Shown: piece after piece, positions 19,001 to 25,922 of the stretch
How the letters are laid out: each line of letters begins with the position of its first letter
Position numbering within the stretch: the first letter of the stretch is position 1
Origin: a virus
Lineage: Duplodnaviria > Caudoviricetes
Strand: one strand, 5' to 3'
DNA length: 25,922 bases
IMG/VR virus record: IMGVR_UViG_3300030085_003578
Span: 1-25,922 of that record
Notes under the pieces: generated by a model
Seen by the model: the letters and a program-made list of their open reading frames with translations, nothing else
Database searches by the model: none
What the model was told of the DNA's origin: nothing
Position numbers and translations under genes: made by a program

Positions 19001-22000
19001 AAGAATAAGTAACACAATCAAAGTATATATCAATGGTACAGCTGATGCAGCAACTTACGGAACTGCAGCAAACTTAGCTGGTGCAAATAGATTAGTTATT
19101 GGTAACAGAAGACAATTAGATGCATCCATTGGTGGTTTTATTGATGATCTTAGAATAGACAAAGCTAACGGTAAGTATACTGCTAACTTCAACGTCACTG
19201 ATAATGAAACAGCTCAAGAACAAATCAACTCAGCTGATTGGACATCATATCAAAAGAACTATGTAAAAACATACACTACTGATTACAACAAAGATTATGT
19301 CAAGGCCTACGAGAAGGCTTGGACTGGTGTATATACAAAGGACTGGGTAAAAGATTATGATAAGATCTATGAAAAGAACTGGGTAAAAACATACGATAAA
19401 GAGTATGATAAAGTTTATCAAAAGAACTATGTTAAGACATATACTAAGATATATGCAAAAGATTGGGTTGGTACATACGATAAGATCTACGTTGGCCCAG
19501 TGTTCTATGGAGGTTTTGCTTCTGGTTCTCAAACAACAAACTATACTAAAGTTTGGGAAGGGTCATTTACTGACAACTATTCAAAAGATTGGAATAAGGA
19601 CTACGTAAAAGATTATACCAAGATTTGGACAAAAGATTGGAATAAAGACTACGTAGCAGCATATACCAAAGTATGGCAGAAGAATTATGATAAGACATAC
19701 GAAGGTGTGTTCAATGCCAACTATGAAAAGAACTATGTAAAAACTTACACCAAAGATTGGAACAAAGATTATGTAAAAGATTACATTAATGTCTTTGTTG
19801 GTGAGTGGGTTAAAAACTGGGTTAAAGATTACGAAGGTTCTTTTGATGCAACATACAATAAAGATTACGTTAAGTCATATGCTAAAGATTATGATAAAGT
19901 ATATGAAGGATCTTTTGATGGTAACTGGAACAAAGATTATACTAAGATATATGATAAGATATATGAAAAAGACTGGAATAAAGAATATATTGAAACATAT
20001 GAAGCAGCATATACCAAGATCTGGACTAAGAACTGGGTCAAGAATTATGATACATCATATGAAAAACAATATGATAAAGACTGGGTAAAGACATATCAAA
20101 AAGATTATGTAACTGATTATGAAAAAGATTATGTTACCAACTATGTAAAAGATTGGATAAAAGGTTACGATAAAGTCTATGCTAAGTTGTGGGCTAAAGA
20201 ATATGATAAAATCTATACCAAGATCTGGGAAAAGAACTACGTAAAAGATTACGAGAAAAATTATGTTAAGACATATACCAAAGACTGGAATAAGAATTAT
20301 GTAAAAACTTATACCAAAAATTGGGTAAAAGATTACGTAGTTAACTATGAAGTAGATTATGGTAAGACTTATACAAAAGCATATGAAGCTCACTATACAA
20401 GAGACTTTGTAAAACTATATCAAGGTGAATACACTAAAACATATGAAAAAGATTATGTTGCATCATATGAAAAGAACTATGATAAGATATATGTTAAAGA
20501 CTATGTAACTGATTACAATAAGTTGTATCAAGGTGAGTACAACAAATCATATGATGCAATCTTTGCTACGTTCCTTAAATTCTATATGGGTGCAAGGAAC
20601 TTCGAAGGAGCAATCAACTTTGTTAAGAACTATGTTGGCCCAACATATTATGTATCTCAATGGGGTACACAATATATTGGTGTCTACACTGGTGACTATT
20701 CTCATGCATATACAAAGAACTATTCTAAAGATTACAATGCTGATTATACAAAAGCATGGAATAAAGTATATACTAAAGATTGGGTCAAAGGATATGATAA
20801 AGACTATGCAAAAGATTGGGTTGTAAATTATACAAAGACATATCAGAAAATATATGTTGGTCCTGTTTTCTATGGTGGTTTTGCATCTGGGTCACAAACA
20901 ACTGATTACACTGGTGACTGGAATAAAGATTATGCTAAGGTATGGGAAACACTATATGTTGGTACTTGGGAAAAAGCATATGCTAAAGACTATGATAAAG
21001 ACTGGGAAAAAGTATACACAGGTACTTGGTCTAAAGATTATCTTAAAGATTACGTAAAAACATATTCAGGAAACTACTCAGGTACATACTCACCAGCTGC
21101 TACATTTGATACTGGATACACTGGTGCTACAGATTATTCTGGTCCAGTAAATTATCTCAAAACTTGGGAAGGTCCATATCAAGGTAGCTTTGCTCCAACA
21201 TACACTGGAGAAGAAGACTTTGTACAAAGATACACTGGAGACTGGCCTACAAATATTGCTTTTGAAGGTACAACAAGTTTTGTTGGTCCATCCTCAGGAC
21301 AGCTTGATTCCGACCTTACTGGTCAACCTAAACTCCATGTTATGCAAGATAACACTTGGAAGTCTGTCAGAAACTTATTTGTACATCAATCTGGTCAATG
21401 GAAAAAAGTTAGATATTTAAACACCAAGCAAGGTGATGAATGGAAACTTGCTTACATAGGATACGATACTACTGACATCTTCTTAGATGAAGGTGAAGCA
21501 TTACTTGATGATTCTGATGCTGGATCAGCTAGAGGTGTTGAAACACACTTAGGTAAGATAACTTACTACATCAATAACTTTAATCTTAAATCTTATCTTG
21601 AAGCTAAAGGCAAGACACCAGACTCAGTTCCACAACTTGTAAACATATACATTGGTGATAAGAACGACTATACAAAGCAATTCATATTTGGTTCTACTGC
21701 AAACAACATACCTGCTGTTAACTTAGTTATGGATTCAGTAACAGCAAATGTTTCTGGTGATACACAAGCAGAAATTAAACACCTTGTTCGTATTGTAAAC
21801 TATACAACAGGCGTTATTGCTGGTAAAGGTGGTGATGGTGGTGATGCAAATGGTAGCACCAGAGGACTTGGAAATGATGGTAGTGATGGTGGCCATGCTA
21901 TTGAAACAGGAGCCAATGTACATCTGTTCATAGAGAACTATGGTATCATTGGTGGTGGTGGAGGTGGTGGAGGTGCATCAGGTATCTCTGATCCATACAG

Positions 22001-25000
22001 TAAAGAAGCTGGTGTTTACACAACAACATATCTTGGCGCCACATATCATGGAACTACAGCTCTTACAGAATATGCTGCTACATGGAATAAAGCGTATACA
22101 AAGGACTGGATAAAAGATTACATAAAAGACTACACTGGTGATTATGCAAAAATATATACCAAGACTTATGAAGCTGCATACACAAAAGCATATGTTGGTG
22201 CATATGAAAAAGATTGGGTAAAAACTTATACTAAAGAATATGCTGCTGACTTCTCAAAAACATATGATAAAGTCTGGTCTAAAGATTATGAAAAAGCATA
22301 CGAAGGATCTTTTGAAGAGAACTATGTTAAGACATATACAAAACTGTGGCAAGGTAACTATGAGAAAACATATTCAAAAGACTATGCTAAGATATACTCA
22401 AAAGATTGGACAAAAGCATTTGATGCTGTCTATGTTGGAATATATACAAAAACATATACAAAAGCATATGCAAGAATCTTTACAAAAGCATTCAATACTG
22501 ATTGGGAAAGAGACTTCTCAACAGACTACAATAAAGGATATGATGTTGATTACCAAGGTGATTATACTAAGTCTTGGGAAAAAGTTTACTCAGCAGACTA
22601 CGAGAAAAATTGGGCTAAAGATTATGTAAAAGAATATGTTGGTGACTATACAACTGATTACAATAAGACATATACAAAAGCATACGTTGGTGTGTATAAT
22701 AAAATATGGGCAAAAGATTATGATGCAGCTTACGTAAAAGTTTGGGAAGGCAACTACAACAAAGATTATGAAAAGAACTATGTCAAATCATATGAAGGAT
22801 CATTTGATCAGGCATGGGCAAAGGTTTGGGAAAAGAATTACGAGAAAGTATGGCAAGGAACATTCTCAAAGAACTATGCAAAGAACTATCAAAAAGTTTA
22901 CAGTAAACAATATCATGGAACATATGATAAAGATTACACAAAAGCATATGTTGGTAGATTGTATTGGATTGATGAAGATAAGGCAACATACACTGGACCT
23001 CTTGGATCGTTTACATCTGCAGTTGGATATGGTGATGGTGAAGTTGAATATGCAATTGATTATGGTAAGCAATATGTTTCTGGATTTACTGGAGCAACAG
23101 CATACACAGTATCATCAAGTTTTGTATCACCAGGTGAAATAGAATCATTCTCACAAGCTGAGAACTACGATGTTGATTATGTTAAACCATATGAGAGAAT
23201 ATACGACAAGCCATATGAGAAAGTTTATGCAAAGGCTTGGGATTCATCAGCAGCTAACTATGCTAAGCAATGGGAGAAGAACTGGTTAAGAGATTGGTCT
23301 TCTAACTGGGTTGGATCCTTCCATGGTGGAACACAAGATGCTGCTACACCAACTGCATATGTTAAAACATTCTTACCAGATACTGGTGTTGCATTGTATG
23401 CAAAAGAGTATACAAATACACTGTACACAAGATTGTATGGTGGTTATGAAAGTGCTGGTACAATTACATCCACAGGTTCATATGCAAAAGCATACTCTAA
23501 GGCATATGAAAAAACATGGACTAAGACATACGATAAAGCATACCTCAAAACATACACAAATATTTTTGAGAAAGCATATGACAAAGACTATGATGGACTT
23601 GGATATGATAAAGATTGGCTTAAACAATATGTTAAGACATATGATGGAGCATCATATACAGGATCATTTGAGAAGACATATCAAAAAGAATATACAAAAG
23701 TATGGCAAGGTGACTATGTAAATGAATGGGCTGGTTCTTTCAATAAAGAATATGCAGCAGACTATAATGCAACATATGTAAAAACATACGTTGGAGTATA
23801 TACAAAAACATATGAGAGTGCTGATGCTGCTTATGTTGGACCAACTTATGATGGTGCAACATATACTAAGTCCTGGGAGAAAGACTACGAAAAAGCATAT
23901 TCCAAAGATTGGGAAAAAACATATACCAAGTCTTGGGAAAAGGATTATGAAAAGGTATATGAAGGTTCATTTACAAAAGCATGGACAAAAGATTACAGTA
24001 AAGACTACAACAAAGATTTTGCATCTAACTTTACAAAAGATTACGTAAAGAATTATGATCGTGACTATGTTGGAGACTATACAAAAACATACGAAAAAGA
24101 TTACTCAGCAGACTATGCTAAAGCATGGAACAGCTCAGCTGCAACATATACAAAAGCATGGACTAAAGCATATGATAAGTTGTACCAAGGTACATATACT
24201 AAGTCATATGAAAAGAACTACGAAAAGGATTACGAAGGTGCATTCACAAAAACTTACACCAAGGTATATCAAAAGGATTACGAAGCTGCATATGCTAAAG
24301 ATTTCACGAAGGCTTGGGTCAAAGCATACGATGCAGACTACACAAAGACTTATTCAACAGATTATACAAAGGCGTATACAAAGAACTACGACAAGGATTA
24401 TGTTGGATCGTACATTGCCACATTCTCAAGATCATACGACAAAGATTATGAAGGCTCGTATGATAAAGAATATGAAAAAACCTGGACCAAAGTTTGGACC
24501 GTTGGCTTCGGGTCTACAACTTACGTAGGAGAATATACAAAAGTTTACATAGCTGATTACACCAAAAACTACGATAAAGACTTTGGTGGATCATACGATA
24601 AAGAATACGTTAAAGAGTACAATGCTGAATATGTTGGTACCTATACAGCAACTTACATCAAGACATACTCTGAAGATTTTGTAAAAGAATATACTAAGTC
24701 TTATGATAAAGACTATGTTGCAGAGTACAATGCTACTTGGATCAAAGAATATCTTGGTCAGTATCAAAGAGTTGGTGGTGTGTATGGAGGTTATCTCAAA
24801 ACATATACAGATACGTTTGTTAGAGTATACAACACTAAAGGATCGTTCATTGGTACATATACAAAGAACTATCAAAAAATATATGAAAGAGAATATCTTG
24901 GAACATATACTAAGTTGTATCAAAAAGCATATGAAGGTACATTTGATAAAGACTATCTAACTAACTATACAAAAAGTTATGACAAGATTTATGTTGGCCC

Positions 25001-25589
25001 AGTGTTCTATGGTGGTTTTGCTTCTGGCTCACAAACAACCAACTATACTAAAGTATGGAACAAAGATTACGAAAAGAACTGGATCAAAACATACACAGGT
25101 ATCTTTACAAAAGATTATCTCAAAGAATACACTGGAACATACCTTGGAACATGGACAAAAGATTATGCCAAGGTATATGAAGATAATGCATGGTCAAGAG
25201 AAGTTAATGTTTCATACATGGGCTTTGCTGAATCAACTGGTGTTGCAGGTTCTGGTGGTGCTGGTTGGAACATTGGTACAAAAGGTACAACAGAAGCTGA
25301 TCACAGTCATCTATTATTCTTACCACAAGATAGTGATGTATTCAATGGTGGTGGTAGAGGTGTTCCAGATTGGGAGTATGGAAACTCTAGAGCTATAGGT
25401 GGTAGAGGTGGTAACTTAGGAAACATTGGTACTGGTGGTGGTGAAAGATTCTTGAGAAAAACAAGACTTGCTAGATCTGGTGATGGTGGTAAGCCTGGTG
25501 CAGCCATTAAAGGATACAATTCCAACTTCGTAAGTATGATATATCAGGGCAACATCTTGGGTGATCCTAACTATAAGTTCCAAGGGTAA
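16062..25589 (+). CDS. Giant (3175 aa) Tyr/Trp/Lys tetrapeptide-repeat protein with a LamG-like domain and a split gp38-like glycine-rich adhesin domain; putative receptor-binding appendage
   Basis: Uninterrupted 9.5-kb ORF in a fibre-gene context. Domains were recognised by motif (see the sub-features below). The ORF is secure; the function is inferred. Confidence 0.85.
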   Translation: MSYSTRLYAKEYAGGERTFEISYTGENTRTPYIVYTNAFHGFYNGFEGVYTKSRTSTLAWQSNFAGNYTKTYEGFTNYQSQDTTTYSKAYTSLKNFSGVDGYRKEYGSETNQPDSIWAAMNILANYSGTYSSDIGYSRVVGYVGDGPYDGASFTGTYEGVANFTPTYSGFIGFAQYTKTYEGSTDYLKTYQKTYVGETIYQAEWQRAYAKQYAGLANYTKAYQKDYEGLVNYSAGPWVGADSFIVFTKNYGGAITYLDSTGAGFTGFINYTKEYQNLRYYTVQVNYTKDYTKSYTGAANYEKQYVGRASYAADENFNKDYVKAYNVTANFTKVWSGGQTYEGPVNYDGASYTGTYQGDTVYSTLIYYVATSDYTGSYSGVATNSFLGLAYEGVYNKTYVGDYVKTYTKNWLKDYTKIWVKAYDKNWVKAYDKLYVGDYEKEYLLSYHKDYEATYTKLWQADYQVAYDKTYEGTFDTIYEKAYTKNWVKDYNKDYTKAWVGTYNKDYVKTYSKIYQKDWVKDYDKIYVGPVFYGGFASGSQTTNYTKVWQASYVKDYEKDWEKAYVKSYEGSFDTNYVIAYQKDFLKDYIKGYTKTYTGVYTKIWNASFLKDWAADYAKIWTKNYDESWAKEWEKDYGKTYTKIWEKVWQKDYVTDYEKDYVKTYTTDYNKDYVKTYSKDYVKTYETDYTKIWSKDYADDYTRVWEKAYDKIYEKVWTKTYTKNWVKDYEKNYVAAYIKNYDKTWEKDYVTDYDKVYLTDWNKGYVKTYTAAYTKDWDKVWTKTYTKAYVGAYTKIWEKNWDKNYVKSYDKAWVGVYQKDYITSYHVPYDNFDDTVLLLNAEAPTATDNDTDFHDLSDQGNHVTTVHGNAAKSTDQKKFGSASIEVPSSGSSGLTINFADDDFNFGNEDFTIEFWLRAPGTNNATILEAYASADNSVKWAIRGNDASSPSQIIFYEGTTARVTADDNSPWSSDTFNHVAIVRISNTIKVYINGTADAATYGTAANLAGANRLVIGNRRQLDASIGGFIDDLRIDKANGKYTANFNVTDNETAQEQINSADWTSYQKNYVKTYTTDYNKDYVKAYEKAWTGVYTKDWVKDYDKIYEKNWVKTYDKEYDKVYQKNYVKTYTKIYAKDWVGTYDKIYVGPVFYGGFASGSQTTNYTKVWEGSFTDNYSKDWNKDYVKDYTKIWTKDWNKDYVAAYTKVWQKNYDKTYEGVFNANYEKNYVKTYTKDWNKDYVKDYINVFVGEWVKNWVKDYEGSFDATYNKDYVKSYAKDYDKVYEGSFDGNWNKDYTKIYDKIYEKDWNKEYIETYEAAYTKIWTKNWVKNYDTSYEKQYDKDWVKTYQKDYVTDYEKDYVTNYVKDWIKGYDKVYAKLWAKEYDKIYTKIWEKNYVKDYEKNYVKTYTKDWNKNYVKTYTKNWVKDYVVNYEVDYGKTYTKAYEAHYTRDFVKLYQGEYTKTYEKDYVASYEKNYDKIYVKDYVTDYNKLYQGEYNKSYDAIFATFLKFYMGARNFEGAINFVKNYVGPTYYVSQWGTQYIGVYTGDYSHAYTKNYSKDYNADYTKAWNKVYTKDWVKGYDKDYAKDWVVNYTKTYQKIYVGPVFYGGFASGSQTTDYTGDWNKDYAKVWETLYVGTWEKAYAKDYDKDWEKVYTGTWSKDYLKDYVKTYSGNYSGTYSPAATFDTGYTGATDYSGPVNYLKTWEGPYQGSFAPTYTGEEDFVQRYTGDWPTNIAFEGTTSFVGPSSGQLDSDLTGQPKLHVMQDNTWKSVRNLFVHQSGQWKKVRYLNTKQGDEWKLAYIGYDTTDIFLDEGEALLDDSDAGSARGVETHLGKITYYINNFNLKSYLEAKGKTPDSVPQLVNIYIGDKNDYTKQFIFGSTANNIPAVNLVMDSVTANVSGDTQAEIKHLVRIVNYTTGVIAGKGGDGGDANGSTRGLGNDGSDGGHAIETGANVHLFIENYGIIGGGGGGGGASGISDPYSKEAGVYTTTYLGATYHGTTALTEYAATWNKAYTKDWIKDYIKDYTGDYAKIYTKTYEAAYTKAYVGAYEKDWVKTYTKEYAADFSKTYDKVWSKDYEKAYEGSFEENYVKTYTKLWQGNYEKTYSKDYAKIYSKDWTKAFDAVYVGIYTKTYTKAYARIFTKAFNTDWERDFSTDYNKGYDVDYQGDYTKSWEKVYSADYEKNWAKDYVKEYVGDYTTDYNKTYTKAYVGVYNKIWAKDYDAAYVKVWEGNYNKDYEKNYVKSYEGSFDQAWAKVWEKNYEKVWQGTFSKNYAKNYQKVYSKQYHGTYDKDYTKAYVGRLYWIDEDKATYTGPLGSFTSAVGYGDGEVEYAIDYGKQYVSGFTGATAYTVSSSFVSPGEIESFSQAENYDVDYVKPYERIYDKPYEKVYAKAWDSSAANYAKQWEKNWLRDWSSNWVGSFHGGTQDAATPTAYVKTFLPDTGVALYAKEYTNTLYTRLYGGYESAGTITSTGSYAKAYSKAYEKTWTKTYDKAYLKTYTNIFEKAYDKDYDGLGYDKDWLKQYVKTYDGASYTGSFEKTYQKEYTKVWQGDYVNEWAGSFNKEYAADYNATYVKTYVGVYTKTYESADAAYVGPTYDGATYTKSWEKDYEKAYSKDWEKTYTKSWEKDYEKVYEGSFTKAWTKDYSKDYNKDFASNFTKDYVKNYDRDYVGDYTKTYEKDYSADYAKAWNSSAATYTKAWTKAYDKLYQGTYTKSYEKNYEKDYEGAFTKTYTKVYQKDYEAAYAKDFTKAWVKAYDADYTKTYSTDYTKAYTKNYDKDYVGSYIATFSRSYDKDYEGSYDKEYEKTWTKVWTVGFGSTTYVGEYTKVYIADYTKNYDKDFGGSYDKEYVKEYNAEYVGTYTATYIKTYSEDFVKEYTKSYDKDYVAEYNATWIKEYLGQYQRVGGVYGGYLKTYTDTFVRVYNTKGSFIGTYTKNYQKIYEREYLGTYTKLYQKAYEGTFDKDYLTNYTKSYDKIYVGPVFYGGFASGSQTTNYTKVWNKDYEKNWIKTYTGIFTKDYLKEYTGTYLGTWTKDYAKVYEDNAWSREVNVSYMGFAESTGVAGSGGAGWNIGTKGTTEADHSHLLFLPQDSDVFNGGGRGVPDWEYGNSRAIGGRGGNLGNIGTGGGERFLRKTRLARSGDGGKPGAAIKGYNSNFVSMIYQGNILGDPNYKFQG
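17631..17705 (+). repeat. Dispersed 75-nt repeat, copy 1 (KIYVGPVFYGGFASGSQTTNYTKVW)
   Basis: Read directly; other copies start at 19482, 20847 and 24984. Confidence 0.97.
18552..19190 (+). other. LamG/concanavalin A-like lectin domain within the giant ORF (about aa 831-1043)
   Basis: VLLL..., F.D.S..., GNA..ST.QKKFGSASI, FNFGNEDFTIEFW, NHVAIVR..NTIKVYINGT, L.IG, GFIDDLRI and YTANF make up the phage Laminin_G_3-type pattern. Confidence 0.9.
19482..19556 (+). repeat. Dispersed 75-nt repeat, copy 2 (KIYVGPVFYGGFASGSQTTNYTKVW)
   Basis: Same peptide as copy 1, with only synonymous DNA differences. Confidence 0.97.
20847..20921 (+). repeat. Dispersed 75-nt repeat, copy 3 (KIYVGPVFYGGFASGSQTTDYTGDW)
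   Basis: First 19 aa identical to the other copies; three substitutions in the last 6 aa. Confidence 0.95.
21576..21983 (+). other. gp38-like glycine-rich adhesin domain, N-terminal half (about aa 1839-1974)
   Basis: VIAGKGGDGG...GSDGGHAIETGANVHLFIENYGIIGGGGGGGG parallels the GRGG.GG...GG..I......LRINN.GAIAGGGGGGG pattern of T2/S16-type gp38. Confidence 0.75.
24984..25058 (+). repeat. Dispersed 75-nt repeat, copy 4 (KIYVGPVFYGGFASGSQTTNYTKVW)
   Basis: Same peptide as copies 1 and 2, with only synonymous DNA differences. Confidence 0.97.
25239..25586 (+). other. gp38-like glycine-rich adhesin domain, C-terminal half (about aa 3060-3175)
   Basis: GSGGAGW..G..G, GGGRG, GGRGGNLGNIG, GGKPGAAIKG and GNILG parallel the later glycine-rich motifs and the G.I.G terminus of gp38-type adhesins. 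Confidence 0.72.
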
Positions 25590-25595
25590 GAGGCT

Positions 25596-25922
25596 ATGGG
25601 TAAGCCTCTCAAGATTAAAACCACTGGTGGTGGAACTTGGGTTGCACTACAAGAAATACCTGATACCGAACTAACACACATTGTACATCAAGTTCTTTTA
25701 GAGTTTGCTTCTAGTACTTCTGGTACAGGAACTTTATCTGTTGGAACTGATACTGGTGACAGTATAGGTTCTTTTACTGATACAAATTCATCTGCAAGCT
25801 CAACAACAACAGTTTATCAGAATCTAACATCAGTTTCTGAAACAAGTATGATCCGTCCTGTTGAATTTAGTACAACTATACAGGAAACATCGGATGCAAA
25901 TCTTAACTCGATTATCATTAGT
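25596..25922 (+). CDS. Hypothetical Ser/Thr-rich, probably structural protein, 3'-truncated (not in the ORF track)
   Basis: ATG at 25596, six bases after the giant ORF stop, preceded by AAGAGG. Open for 109 codons to the window end: MGKPLKIKTTGGGTWVALQEIPDTELTHIVHQVLLEFASSTSGTGTLSVG... Confidence 0.8.
   Translation, partial: MGKPLKIKTTGGGTWVALQEIPDTELTHIVHQVLLEFASSTSGTGTLSVGTDTGDSIGSFTDTNSSASSTTTVYQNLTSVSETSMIRPVEFSTTIQETSDANLNSIIIS

Larger units (their letters stand above)
17229..25170 (+). repeat. Coding tandem repeat with 12-nt/4-aa period, [Y/W/F]-x-[K>G/A/T]-[D/T/N/A/I/V...], in several tracts (about 17229-18535, 19239-21070, 22070-22950, 23480-25170)
   Basis: Directly visible, e.g. 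YVKT YTKN WLKD YTKI WVKA YDKN WVKA YDKL YVGD YEKE, with DNA units like tat-gta-aaa-gat. Tract edges are approximate. Confidence 0.97.

Noticed and set aside
17631-25058. The 75-nt dispersed repeats as a CRISPR array or as a DGR template/variable repeat pair
   Set aside because: Spacing is kilobases and irregular, and all copies are in frame. Core differences are synonymous and involve all four bases rather than being adenine-specific. No reverse transcriptase or cas gene is in the window.
16321-25525. Many short alternative-frame and antisense ORFs within the giant gene (Met/Ile/Lys/His-rich or Ile/Phe-rich)
   Set aside because: They are shadows of the periodic tat/aaa/gat codon pattern, fully nested in the long ORF, with no independent features.
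16062-25589. Giant repeat ORF as an assembly artefact or non-coding satellite
   Set aside because: The repeat units are diverged at DNA level, the frame stays open for 9.5 kb, and coherent globular domains are embedded in frame. Read mapping would still be a sensible control.
1-25922. Stop-codon recoding or programmed frameshifts
   Set aside because: Genes tile the window with standard-code stops (TAA, TGA and TAG all used) and tight coupling, leaving no broken ORFs to explain.

Overview
AT-rich, densely packed fragment of a T4-like (myovirus) phage genome, with every real gene on the + strand. It holds a late structural module in this order: 3' end of gp5 (baseplate spike), a 432-aa unknown, gp25, gp6, gp7-like, gp8, a 2187-aa VrlC/DUF4815-type baseplate protein, a small coiled-coil ORF, a short fibre protein with an S74 intramolecular chaperone, a 97-aa fibre-like ORF, a 3175-aa giant repeat protein, and a truncated ORF at the right edge. 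The standout is the 3175-aa protein. Most of it is a near-perfect 4-residue aromatic-x-Lys-x repeat, punctuated by four copies of a conserved motif whose 19-aa core differs only at synonymous sites. It also carries an embedded LamG/ConA-like domain and a T2/S16 gp38-like polyglycine adhesin domain that appears split by an insertion of about 1085 residues of the repeat. I found no RNA genes, CRISPR array, mobile elements or terminators. All family calls come from motif recognition by eye; no database search was run.
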